Below, piece by piece: positions 12,369 to 25,622 of a stretch of 64,000 nt of DNA; positions within the stretch are counted from its first letter, which is position 1, and each line of letters opens with the position of its first letter. The notes below the pieces were generated by a model. It made no database searches. It saw only the letters and a program-made list of their open reading frames with translations, and was not told the origin of the DNA. This DNA is from Phoronis australis (taxonomy: Eukaryota; Animalia; Phoronida), in contig NMRA01000442.1 in assembly GCA_002633005.1 (NCBI GenBank), positions 245,074 to 309,073 of the forward strand, written 5' to 3'. The translations under genes and the position numbers were made by a program.

Positions 12369-15300
12369 ATGTCTAAGGGGAATCTAGAGACAAGAACTGA
12401 CCATGACCTGGGGCCAACAGAGATAGTCAAACAGGAACAACCCCCCATCAACAGAGACACAACTGGACAGACATATTCTGACCTGAGGCCATGGATAGAC
12501 AAAGGATGGGCCTGGGTCATTGTGGCTGGTGAGTGGTTTCAATGTTGCACATGCAACTTGACAAGGCACCAGGGAACTGTGCCATCTAATCAAAACAAGC
12601 ACTGCTGCAGGCACATAAAATGCACAACGCCTCTGCCCAGTGGGATTAAATTCTCAATTTTTGGGTTTCAGCCATATGATAATTTAGTAATAAGTTTGAC
12701 ATGACACTCAAGGCGAAAATTGGCAAAGTAATGTTTACAAAGCCCAGTGCTCTTAATTATTGTCTGCGTCCATCTGATAAGCTGCCTAATCCAGAAATTA
12801 CAACATGCCTGGTGCAAGGGGTACTTTAAAAATACTAATAGTAAGCATCTTTCAACAAATGTCGTGAAGAAGATGTGTATTTATGCAGTACTATCACAAA
12901 AAAACTTAGGATGAAGAAAAATGGTTGACTTTCAGAGAAATTAGACTTAACTTTCTTCTGCTGATTTCTTGATAAAAGGAGGCTGTGAATTAAGCTCTGA
13001 TTCACAGCAGTGTGTCCCAACACAATAAGCTAATGTTTGCTAAGTTTGATAAATCGTAATTTTAGAAATTTCTTGGGTTTAACATTCTATTTGAATGATA
13101 GTAATGCAACATACATTCAGTGTGTGTGTATGTGATCTATTTTCTTCACAGAGCCAGTTTGAATTCAATGATTACCACAATGTAAATATTTACAACACTG
13201 TCAGTTAACAAGCCTATAATCATCTAAAAACAAACCTACAGTATCCATGCAGTAAAACCTCACCAATTAAGGACATCACATGGCAGACGAGTGATATTTT
13301 ATTTTTTCCACTTTTTCACAAAAGTCCATTATCAATAATTGTGATTTCAACTGTTTTTCTTTATTATTAGGTTCATTTGCTGTGAACTATGCCGCCTTAG
13401 GACAGATGAGATGCATTGGTATTCACTTCATAGAGATACAGAGCATCTTTGATGAAAGCAGCACCATGGTGTCCATCATGCCATCCGTCATATACTTCCT
13501 GATGCCTGCCTCATGTAAGTCCACAACTACTTAATATACACCATTTAACCCCCACTTTCTTATAAACGGCCCGATGTCAAATAGTTTCTAGTGAAAACAA
13601 TCATAAAATCAATAGTTCTCTTCTGATATATAGTGTCAAAATGATGAAACTCGCCTTGTCACTACTAGGTGGCAATAGAATGGCTGGTGAAGTTTATGAA
13701 TACATAAATCGCCAACATTTATAAGCTATATTCAACCACGTGACCCTGATGGCTCAGTGGACTACAGCGCCTGATAACTGTGCAGACGCTCTAGTCCACT
13801 GAGCCATCGGGAGGTCCCGGGTTCGACTCCCAGTTGGGGCAGAAATCCTTTCAGACTTATATTCATTAGGTCACATGATGTTGCCAACAGATGGCGTGCT
13901 GACCAGACTTCTAAATGTTTCTTGATGAATGAAGTAGGATTTCTTAGAATGTTTTTACACATTGCGACCATCATACTGTCAACTTAGTGCTGTGCGGTGG
14001 GATATTCAAATGATTCACACAAAAAATATCCGCGACTGAAAGAAAATGCTATGGTATCATCCCTGTCAACTCGTCCAAACTAGAACGCCAAAATTTTAGA
14101 AATTGGGTCAAGCAAGACACTTTTGTGCTCACACAAAGCTAAAGAACTGTAATGTACAATATTTCCCTTTGCAAAAACATTGCATTCACAGGTCATGATT
14201 CTTTAGCTGAAAGGCTCGCCATCAATAATCACCCTGCATTTGCTTCCACAGGTCTATTCTCTAGTATGCTGACTTCCTGCTTTGGGTCGCGTCCAGTTGC
14301 ACTTTGCGGTATTGTCCTCATCGCTCTAGCTTACGCCTCACTAGCATTCGCTTCCCATATTGCTCATGTGATCATCTTCTTCAGTATACCATTTGGTATT
14401 GGCGACGGCATAGTCTACGCTTCTACCGTTGTGTTGTTGTCAAAGTATTTTGTAAAGTATCGGTCGACAGCCCAAGGGGTATCCATGGCGGGATTCTCAC
14501 TAGCAGGAATAACCATTCCATTACTTATCAGGTAAGACACACGTTTCATTGGTGCCAGTTATTTTCAAAATAAAGTAAAATGCACTTAGCAACTTGTGAA
14601 CTTCATGTAACTCAATGGCATAGTTGACTCTATGCTAAGGGAATATAGTTTGTTTGCACTCTCGGTTCACAACTATAATTATTGTCCATCAAAATCAAAC
14701 TCCAGCGAGTTCAGTATTATTTACCTCTTCAGACCTTAATTCTTTCATCATAAAACATTTCCCGGCAATCAGCAAGCATAACAAATTTCCGTAAGCAGAG
14801 GTTTCAATTGAGATTTGGCCACCCATGACACCCACATCCAGGCGCTTAGTCATCCCAGCTATGGGCCTTTTGATCTCTTCCTGGTACCATAATTTTATAA
14901 AGTGTTGAAAACACAAAACAACACAATCGATTTTTGAGTTTTGCTTTTGTCTGTTATAAAATGAAGAAGGTTACATTTGGCACATATACATGGGAGACAT
15001 TTCAAAATTGATTGGAGACAAAAATAACCCTCGCCATGACAAGCTGTTCAATAGCATTCCCTTAACAAGTCTGACCAAATGCTGAACTTATACAAGTGTT
15101 CCTCTAAACATTGATGTTCTACTTGATGTAACTGAACATTATGTAGCTATACTGAAGTGCTCGTTTCTTATAAAAGCAGCAGTTTAGTCTTAAATTGTAA
15201 ATCGGATCATTTGTTTTTTTTACCGTGGTCTTAAAGTGGACCTTGCACGGTAATTCCTTAAATCTAAGATTGCTTGGTCAAATTAATTAGAAACACAGCA

Positions 15301-18300
15301 TATAGCGACAAAGTGAATATCAAGTACGTTGAAAATTGCAAATGTTTTAAAGAACAAATTTTGTGTCGAAAATGATCCGCCGTATTGTAAGTATCGTGAC
15401 GTGGTGTTTGGGAATAACACTGCATGATGCGAGCTAGTATGTAACACCCCTAGGTACCTCATCACTGCAAAGGTCACTATTTGCATATTTTTTGTTTTTC
15501 GGATTTACAAGTTGTCAATGAATACAACTGCATTTTGTTTAGCGCAGATGATGTTCATATAGCATTGTCGTTTAGTTCCTACTAAACATTAGCATAGTTA
15601 GGAGCATGCAAATACATCTTTAAGAGTGATGAGTTAAGCTGGGTTAAGCTCTGTCTGATTAAAACCATGGATATTTAAATTTGTAACAAGCGCCACCTTA
15701 TGACTTCCTGGATCTAACTATGTGTACAAGCATAATCAGGAAAAGAAACAATTTGTAAATAAATTGTGGTTTTAAACACAGCTGATACACTTAAAACAAC
15801 TGTGAACATATATAACCCAACTAATTCTAAATATTACGCAATAGTTATTTGATACTGAAATAAACAATTAATAAAAACTGTAGCAAATTTCATTAGGGTA
15901 ATGACAATGCTGTAGGGGTTTCCCCAGGGATTCCAGTGTCGTCCTAAGAAATGTGGACGAGAAGTGTGTATATTACCAGAGACGCAAAGTGGCATGATGT
16001 TGAATATTGTCCAAGGTGACGGCAAAATGAAATTACAGAACAAATGCTTTCGTTGTGGTCACCACAAGGAATGTCGGCAGAGTAGCCAGACCTCAGTTGT
16101 TGGTGGCCGGCATCACGTGTTCGTCTGCCATGATAAAATATTACCAGACGCATTTACATAATAGTCTTGCAAAACGAGACTTTTGTGAGATTGTAATCAT
16201 GGTAACTGGCTTTTGGATGGCTTCTGGCCCACTCGAGGACCTTGGGTGGCTTGTAAATTAATACTTCATTGGCATACTCACAATTTAACAAGATTCATGC
16301 ATCTTTAAGCTTGTATCAGAAACTTTGGGTAGGCGGTGGCAGAAGGTCTTGAACATGGTGGTCCACGTTTAAACCAAATCTTCAAATGCACGCCTCAAAT
16401 GTATATCAAAAGGCATAAAATATGTATGATAGTTCAATAGAATACCTACTAGAACGTCACCCAGTTTTATGTCATCTTGAAAACGATTGTCCAGTCAAAA
16501 GTTTAATACACATCATACGATTGTGGACATGGTCAGCGGGCCTCCCTCAGTACCCTCTTTACACTGCCGGTGTGCCCCACCCTGCCAGGCTTTCTTACAA
16601 AACATTTTCCTGTATTGCTTGAAGGCATTGGGGGCACAGCTCTGGTCACATGTTAATTAAGCAATCCTCACTTTGAAAACATCTGCCAAATTTCATGACG
16701 ATCCTTCAAGAGACTCGTCAGAAAAGACGGGCAGATGCCAGAAAATGTACAGCGAGTCACATTCAGTCCAAATTGTGCAGGTGCCGCCTTTTCCTAATGA
16801 CAGAAACATATATTTGCCAAAGTTCAATAAAATTGACCGACGTTTAAGATGAATGATAGACATGGAGGCAGGGACAAAAGGGGGACACAATTAGTTGTAT
16901 CAGTCTGAAAAACTGGGGCGTAAGATAAAAACGGGTATGCAAATTTCACAAAGATTCATACAAGGTTTGGATAGAAGTGGACGCCATGTTGCACGACACA
17001 AGACAGAGAGGATGGCAATATGCACCAACATAAGCAGACATCAATACAAATAACCAAAACAAATTAAAAGCACTGTTTTAATGCATTTAATGACTGTTAA
17101 TAATTAATTCCATCTTTTTCTAGCCTTATAAAGGAAGAATTCGGTTTCCGTGGTACAATGGTTATTATTGGTGGAATCCTTCTTCAGACAGCTATTCCGG
17201 CAAGCCTGTTCCGACCAACAGAATACTGGGAAAGGGAACTTGCTATGAAACATGGAAGAAAGAAACATAATTTAGTCAAACAGCCTTTGACTGACAACAC
17301 ACAGACAAACCACCAAACGTCTGGTACTCAACTCTCAAGAAGTCAATCACATGAAACTGTCTTAGAATCAAGTGGTCGAAAAGCGAAACCTGAACGACGG
17401 CTCTTCTTGAGTGTGATGGATTTGTCAGATGTAAATAGTTCACATTGTACAGAGATAGGTTCGATGATAATTCTAGGTCACGAAGTCAGGGCAAGCAAAT
17501 TAGAAATACACTACTTGGAAGAACAAGCCAAGGAGATGGAACAAGTTGAGGCTAAAATGCAGGGGAAACAACTGCTACTTCATAGACTGAAAACATCCAT
17601 CCAGTGGTCGGTGCTAAAAGACGTACCGTTTCTCATCCACCTAGTGGTTGCCATTTGTGGTTTCATAGGCTTTCAGATTACATACACAGTACTGCCAGCA
17701 CACGCCGAGGACTTGGGCTTTAGCCGAAAGGACGGATACTTCCTAATAACTATAGCCTGTATTGGCGAGTTCCCTGCTCGGATCCTTCTTAGTTTTGTAG
17801 CGGACAAATGGTCAGCGACAAAATGGGGTCACAGATTTCACATCATGTCCCTTTGTATGTGCATTAGTGGTCTCGGTGTATTCATGATTGCTTTCGCCAC
17901 ATCGTACACCTACCTTGTCCTGGGATCGGTGGTGGTGGCATTCTTCTGTGCCGGCGGATTTCTCGCTATCCACGTGGACGTACTGAGAGATGTCATAGGG
18001 TTAGAAAAACTGACCAATGGTGGGCTGGGACTGTATCTGTTCTTCCAGGGCATAACGCTCAGTTCAAGTACCATGTTGATGGGTAAGCAGATTTTGAAGT
18101 TTTCTGGGATGCAATCCATACAAAGCTAGTCTCTTGAGAGTTTAGCAAGATGACACACAATTAGACTAGCCAAATGGCTGCTATTGAAGTCATAGGTCAG
18201 CAAGGCTGGAAAGTTGAATTGGCGAACTCAGCTGTACGGTAAAATTTAAGCAATTCCAGACAAATGTAATTTCTAAAGTTGACCTACTGGTAATTTTATT

Positions 18301-19634
18301 TTTCAAAAGAAGCTTCTACAACTTTTTATTACCCATAACATTGATGGTAGCTATGGCTTTGGCTTAAAACTAGAAAATAACGAAATTTATTTTGTATACT
18401 TATTTTTTGTTTCACTTGTTCAACATTAAATTGCGTCCAAAATCGGTGAGATTTAACCGATAAGTAAACTAGCCAGTGCCGTTCCATTCAAGCCAACATC
18501 TCAATGCAAGCTACTGTCTTGTGACAGCTTTGCTTAACAGAATGCACTTCAAAATTTGTTTGAAAACACGATGGGTAGACTTTAACGTACCACAGAGCAC
18601 CATCTTTGAAAGCCATTGTTTTAGTTTTACAGTGGAATATGTTGCATTTTGTTGTTTTTCAATGTGGCTAATTACATACGGTAAAACCAAGGACCAAATA
18701 TAGTCATAGATTAAAGACAACAGATTTGCAACTCCGACATTTTCTTGCATAATATCCTAGAGGAGGCGTCACCCTCTCAACATAGCAAACTCAATTTCCG
18801 ATTAGTGTATTGTGACAGGAAATTGTTGCATCTATTTTAATGTCCAGTACAACGAAAAAATTTCAACATTGAAATGCTGTTCAAAGTCTTCCAATAGTAG
18901 AACTCTTGGTATCATGAGTACTTTTGGCAATGCAACTACCACTCGACCTGAAACAACAGCCGACCATGATTAGCAGACGACGCACTTGCTGGAAGTAAAA
19001 CGAGCTATGTCTGTCAGGTGTCACTAGTGAATAGTGACGTCACAGCATATATGTAAAATCACAGACTTCGTCCACTGAAAATATATGGAGTTGGCGGTCT
19101 ATGATGTAGTTCATTGATTGTTCTAACCAAAATATTCATCATCTTATATTATATTCCAGTTTGCAATCTCAGCTCGACCTAACACCGCTTGAGACTTCAC
19201 TACAACATGCTATCTCAAAAATGTCTAGGGTCAGTCCAAGTTGAAACTTTGATGACCTTCTGCATCACCTTGAGACCCCTTCCAACACATTATGGACTGT
19301 AAGACAATAGAAATAGATACCGCCAAAAAGGTTTTGTTGATATGGCCCAATGTACTACAATGTTAATATCATAAAGTGAATAAGGTAGAAAAAATATTAG
19401 AAATTTAGCACTGTCTGACCTTCCTTCAGCAGGAACTCTGAAAATAAAAAATTACCAATTTGAGGCCTGCTGAGAGACTGGTTGGGAAATTACAAGTTGC
19501 CCTACGTCATGATTGGCTGTCTTACTATCGCAGGGGGTCTACTGACATGGTTGCAGCTTCTGGCTAGAAGAAAAAGGAGACTAACCTGGGATGTCAAAGC
19601 CAGTGTTAAAATTGTGAACTGTGAGCATGAATAG
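12369..19634 (+). CDS. SLC16: SLC16/monocarboxylate transporter family protein, gene 2 (~570 aa)
   Basis: Exons 12369-12528, 13371-13514, 14252-14531, 17124-18082, 19465-19634 (1713 nt, in frame). N-terminal DKGWAWVIVAG (SLC16 DGGWGW-type signature), YFVKYRSTAQG, EFPAR, GLLRDWLGNY. The last acceptor is an atypical GAG. Confidence 0.88.
13742..13845 (+). mobile_element. tRNA-derived SINE head / tRNA pseudogene with internal fold-back
   Basis: A box TGGCTCAGTGG (13750-13760), B box GGTTCGACTCCC (~13820-13831), tRNA-like GGGGCA end. The centre is a long inverted repeat, not a cloverleaf. Confidence 0.65.
18705..19103 (-). mobile_element. ~400 bp MITE (CAT(A/G)GA termini, 7-bp TSD), copy in the last intron of gene 2
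   Basis: Reverse-complement homolog of 30352-30755 and 40682-41078. Termini CATAGA...TCTATG; flanks ATATAGT/ATGTAGT. Confidence 0.75.
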
Positions 19635-22109
19635 CTAAAGGAAATGCCATATTTTCGATACAATTATGTCTGTGATGTCTTCTCGTGGTGAACCTAGGCC
19701 ACGTGGAAAGTCACTAGCATCCTTGATCATCAAATGAAGGCACAAGTAACACGTTGCCTAGCCTAGTGTAATGCCTCGCCTAGCCTAGTCTTGGTGTAGC
19801 AAGGTCTGCAAACCCTATTCGCATGACATGCCTTTGCAGACATGCCTTCACATTGCAGACATGAACAGTAATTCAAACATGTGGTTGCCTGCAATTTACT
19901 TTTTGAAAAAATGTTTAAATCCAAAATGTAACTTAATTCGGAAAAAATAAAGAATGTTGTTCACACAAAAGAAACTTAGGGCAGCATAAAGCCATCAAGT
20001 CCCTAATCCATGTTCCTTGCAACTTCTTGTTTTTTTTTTTTAAATCATGCTCTTTGAATTCTAGTCTAAGGAAACTGTGTTCGGTTGCCATGGTAATAGT
20101 TATGCATGTGCACTTTCATATCATGTAAATTTATTGTGTTCTTGGTTTGTTTATAATGCTTAAATCTTCTAACTTTAGTTAAGTACTGTGCATTCTAAAT
20201 TACTTGTTGTGGTACAAGGTTAAATCATTTTGACTTCACTGAACTAACATTATTTCAGTTTTAACTTACTATGTGCAGTAGATGTAACGATGAACAACCT
20301 GGAAAGCTTGAAGCCCATGTATCCAATATTTCTAAGGGATGACAATTTTTCTCTTATGAGACATGTAACAACAAGTGACAAAATCAGTTTTGGGAGAATA
20401 GCATCCCATGTGACTAGTCTTTCAATATAGAAACCAAATATAGAGTTCCGACTGAAAGCACTTGATTTTAATTTGAACTATAGAATATCTAAATGACTAA
20501 CTCATAATCATAATCATACTCTGATTTGTTCTTTCATTACAATAATTCAGTGGCCAAAGCATGGTCAAAATTTTTAGTGATAATTTTGTCAGAAAGTTAG
20601 AATTGAAGACTTTAGCTTGCCATAATGAGCACATGAAACAATATGTTCATTGGCATCTTGAAGCAACATTTCTTGATGTTTGGGTTTACTATTATTTCAA
20701 TGGATCAACACATGACTTTGAAAAACATTGTACCAGTTGAAAACCAAGTTCAGAAGACATTGATTTTGTTCTTGCATTTCTGTCATTGAGATTACCACTT
20801 CCATTCAAATTGCAATTATACACCTGGTTCAATTAAAAGGTCATTTCCATCATACTCACAGCTTAAAATAAGAAATTAAAATCTGTAGTATTGGACTTAT
20901 TATCTTTGACACACTGGTCTCAACATTTCCCTGACATAAAGCAATTGGGCCATGGCATCAAATTGAATTAAAAGGGAATAATTATCATATGAAAGAAGCC
21001 AAAGTTTGGAGGGTTGATCATCTTGTCAAAAATGAAGACTTTTTGTCAAGTTTCTAGTTTACTAAATGCTGGATCCCTGGATGATCTGCACTGGATGATC
21101 TGCTCGAACATGAAAATAAATTTGTGTCATGGTATGGAAGTTTGAGAAACTAATTGTAAGACTGATCATATCAATGGCGTACATGTACCAGCTATAGATT
21201 GTTGCCATTTGAGGTGAAACATAGTTAAGGTAGTTAGCCACAACAAAATTACGGTACATGTGGCTGTTTTTTTTTTACATTGAATCAGACAGAAATGAAT
21301 ACCTCGTTTACATGAGATGTGTTATCATCATGGAAACTTTTTTTCTCATACAGAACATGCTTCACATTTATGAAGTCAGCTTACAACTAAACAGTAATAG
21401 TGGAAACTCAGCTTGGCACAGCAATTTTACAACGCCACTTTATTTCTACAGTATAACAGTACAAGGGAAGATGTAACAGTGAAGAAGGTATTCCAGTGAT
21501 TTGAACTGAAAAAGAAAATTAATTCCTCAGTTGAAAATTTCACACAATTAGACTCTGATACAAGCTTAAAAATCATACAATTAGTCATTTAAAACACCTC
21601 AGTAACTTGTCAAAATGAATAACTCCTTTCTTTACTCTAATTACAATAAAATGACCTCCCCTGTGTATAACTGCGCTAAAAATAGCTGTCCCAGCATTTC
21701 TATTTTATTTGTGTGGCTGCCATGACAAACCATGTGGAAGTGACATAATGTCACCAGTGGAAAACTCCATATTTCAAAAACAGCAAACAAGGATTTTGCA
21801 GGCATGAATTTTGAACTCAAGGTCGAAAGCAAATGTCACTGGAGTATGAACATGTAGGTGAAGTCTAAGCAAACTTTTGGAATTAGAATACTGAGTTTCT
21901 GGATTTATTAATGTGAGTTATATTTTACAAATAAAATGTTCATGCGTGTTAAAAACTTCGGTGTTCAACATGGCAAAATCAAGGATCCAAAAACAAAATG
22001 GCAGACTTCGACTGCTCAACTATTATTAATTTGTTTGTATGTTATCACAATTGAGTGGTCACAGGCGGTCATGTTTGGATCCCCAGCGGTCATGTTCAAT
22101 CTTAGTCGG

Positions 22110-22812
22110 GAATTGTTCAAAAACTCCCTCGACCCCCACACCCCTCGACCCCCTCTCGACCCAAGACCCACTCGACCCACGACCTGTGGCAATGATAGAG
22201 GTATTTGTGTGATTTTTACATATAATCTTATAACGTCACTAGGTGACTCTCCCATAAGACATACCTACGCGAGAGTCTGCTCTGGCTGAAGTGAAAAGTG
22301 GCATAAGAATGCCGGTGGTCTTTAATAGCACATTGTGAGTGCGCTATTGTCACAGAAATAGTTCCACGAGCGGCAATCAATGGCGCACTTCTAATAAACT
22401 TAGGGAGAGAGTATGTTAACGGGAATGTACATAATTTCTTATTTTTATTTTTTACTTTATATGGTATACTCCACGTTTACAATGTATTCCATATAACCTT
22501 GAAATCTTTTTAGCAAACAAGACGATTACGCTCTGCCGGGAATGGCATTTGTAAGGTTGGTACATGTAGGTCTTTGATTTGATTTAATGGTCCTGTTGTT
22601 TTCTTCTATTTTTGGCTTTCAAACTTGCCAAATCGGCTGCCTTAATTGTAAAAACAGGGAAAAGCCAGCCGAGCTTACGGCCCAACTCATTGGTCCTACG
22701 AGTCAGCGCTTGTTCTACGTTCAGATTGATTTGAGCTTGTGTATAGACTGGGTCAAGGGGGTTGTGGGTCGAGGGTCGTGGGGTGTGGGGGTCGAGGGGT
22801 TTCAGAACAATC
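22110..22812. mobile_element. MITE with GC-rich repetitive inverted ends
   Basis: ATTGTTCAAAAACTCCCTCGACCCCCACACCCC at left and GGGGTGTGGGGGTCGAGGGGTTTCAGAACAAT at right, each with repeated CTCGACCC submotifs. Confidence 0.7.
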
Positions 22813-23736
22813 AATTTGTCGGTCCTGTTTTGGGGTGGGGCAGTCACTTTTTCAGGTGTGTAGGTCCCATTATCTGGTCCGTAAGTCCCTTTTGATCCCG
22901 CAAGTCCTGTTTTGTGGTGAGTCAATCCCATTTGGAGGACCATGGGCATGTTTTGGGTATGTAGGCTATAGTCCCAGCTCTCCTATCTTTCACCTCTGTG
23001 GCCACTTTCTGGAGGCAATGGGAACTTTGCATTAAACCATCTACAGATGTTCAAAAGTCAATTTCAAAAAAGTTCCCAAGAATACACTTGCACGTTTAGT
23101 TAGAATTTCAAATTAAAAGTTGGAAAAAATATAACCTCAGCTAATGTGTTAGCCACCAGGTGTCAGAGCAAAATGATCCAAACAACCAATCAAATGCCAG
23201 AAAAATATTGTGTCCATACCTTTCCCCATCAAAAGTTGTCTGCTTGGCATGAAAACATTCATCATAGGACAGTCAGCTGATGTTATCCTGCTGGCTTAGC
23301 TAGCTTGTTTACTGCTACTGACTACATTGTATAGTATCAATTCTTGGATGGGTGTGCAAGTAATAGGCAATTACCAAGGACCAAGGCTCAAAAACCAGCA
23401 GGCAGCAGTTAGGAATTGAGAAAAGCCAAATCAAGTGGCCTCGAGTGTCATCGTACTCGAATAATTCTTGGCACATTCCTGAATCATTTTGTTATTGGGA
23501 CAGCTAGAACTCTGCTGAAACCATGAATTATTGAACGAGTGTGCTGTAATTCATTTATCTTGAAAATTCAAATGTTGCGCAGATTTTAGTATCTCATGTT
23601 TTGAAGATTGTTGAATTGGAGTTTTTAGCGAGAAGGAAAATGTTTACTCTTCCAATTATGTTAAAACAGGAAGTCAAATGAAATTTTAGCTCTACGCTAA
23701 ATAAGACGCTTTTCAATTTCAAACAAAAACTATTGC

Positions 23737-25275
23737 CAACATGACCATTAATCTATTTTCAAAGGCTGAACTACTGTATTAAGGATGATAAAAATGTTTC
23801 TATGTTTTAAATTGTTTGAAGGCAGCTGCACAGTGTAATCAATGCTCATTTTTCTTATATTTTTGTTGAGCACTTAGACAAAATGACATTTCAGTTGTTG
23901 GCCATATTGTGTGCTAAGGTGAAGAGCACTTTGGTTATCTATTTCAGTTAAATAGGATTACTGCAACAAGATATTTGGATGAAATCGTATTCAGGTTGTC
24001 TAAACTTTTTAATTTTGGGTAGGATGCAGGCTTCCAGAGATTTTTAAAACTTTTTCTTTGCCATTAAAGTTGGGCTCAAAATTGGTGTTTCCTGGTTAAC
24101 TCATGGAAGACATTGAATCATTTGTAATTGCAAGCTGTACGGCAAGTCATCAACAGTAAACAAAGCACACTACCACATATTCAGGTTGAAATCTGTGATC
24201 TGCCACCTCATCATGATTGTTTGCTGCTACATGCAAACTACCAGTGTGCCATTCACAAACGAGCCTTGCAACAGCATGTCAGTGCACCATCTCCACTTGG
24301 TAGTGGGTGGCTTTTTGCAGCAGGTTAGTCTGAAGCTCCACTGGATGACTCTGCGTTTAGCCCCAGAAAATGCCATGAAAAATGTTAATGGCAAGTGTAA
24401 AAGAAGTGGTTGTAGAAAAATGTGCTCTTGTTTAAAGTCAGGCATGCCATGTTCTAAGTTGTGTAACTGTCCAGACTTTGTGAACACAGTGTCTCAATCA
24501 AAAAACAACTTTTGATAACAATAATGATGATATAAATGATGATGGAGTGGATGAAGAAACATAATAAGTGAATGCTATGTTGTTAAAGAACTTTAAATTT
24601 TCAACCTAATGGAAAATATTGACACCATTTAATCATGCTGGTGACTGTGGGGACTGTTGGGTGTATCGTTCCCTGTGACAGTTGACAGTGAACAGCAATG
24701 TGGATAATGATAATTAATTGTGACAATTAATGAAAGTGATGACAGTGAATTTGTTGCAGAAGTGTTGGAAATGTATATTGTTCACATGTAAGTTGTGATA
24801 TTAAATCTTCATCAAGTTCCTTTCAAATGTTTAACAGTATTTGTTTCTTGGCAGATCAGAAAAAAGTAGTATGTTTTCTGGCCAACAGGAGGCGCTGCTA
24901 AATAATCCTTTTTCTCTTCCTTGAGCAATTTTCCACCTATTATCATAATATATATCACTTTTCTTGTTCAGTAACTTCAAATGAACGAATCCCAATTAAA
25001 TTATCATTCAGTTTTTGTCTAGTGTTGGATTTTGAAGATTGGTTTCTGTGCCAAACTATGCAAAAAGTCAGATTTTTGAGGTCAAATTTCTTGAAAACGT
25101 GCACGTCAAACCTTGGGAACTTAAAACACTAAAATTATCTTGCCCCCAAAAAGTGGCCGTGGATTTTAGTGATTTTCTAGGCTTCCTAGAGTTGAATGGA
25201 CTACAGGTAATTCAAAATGTGCAAAAATCCATGGTGTGAACTGTTTAATGGTCATGTTGTTTCTCACCGGGCCTG
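23737..25275 (+). mobile_element. Decayed Academ-like DNA transposon carrying a C-terminal Cys-rich transposase fragment
   Basis: Frameshifted relic at 24128-24515: LPP..L.LH.NYQ...P.P...GW, then WMT..APE..CK..C..CSC..C..CNC, typical of XPG/Cys8 Academ-type proteins. 15-bp inverted match CAACATGACCATTAA (23737) / TTAATGGTCATGTTG (25245). Right end ...CCGGGCCTG. Family assignment is from memory of motifs. Confidence 0.55.
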
Positions 25276-25622
25276 AAGCATTAGCTCAATAACACACACA
25301 CATTTATGCAGACACTGTAACTGTGCAGTACCCTATACAAGGAAGCAACTACAGCTGTCTTGCTAAGCCAGACATGTGATTTAGGTCATGTATTATTGGA
25401 AACCAACTTAGGAGAACACCAACACAATGAAGAAATGACAAACAGGTAACTGTTGCTGAAGCAAGGATAGGCAACTCAGGGCTCTGAATTGGATCACATA
25501 AGATGGTGCAGTCTAGACCCATACATCAATTATCTACTAGTGTGTGAAGTTGAGGCCAGCTGGCTAAAAACATCTATTAGTAAGTTGAGCCAAGAACTAA
25601 TGGCTTGGAGGAGCTAACAGGG

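Noticed and set aside
13742-13845. Functional tRNA gene
   Set aside because: The anticodon/variable region is replaced by an inverted copy of the 5' half, so no cloverleaf can form
15944-16900. Cys/His-rich short ORFs in gene 2 intron 3
   Set aside because: Possibly a decayed transposase, but I recognise no family motif or termini
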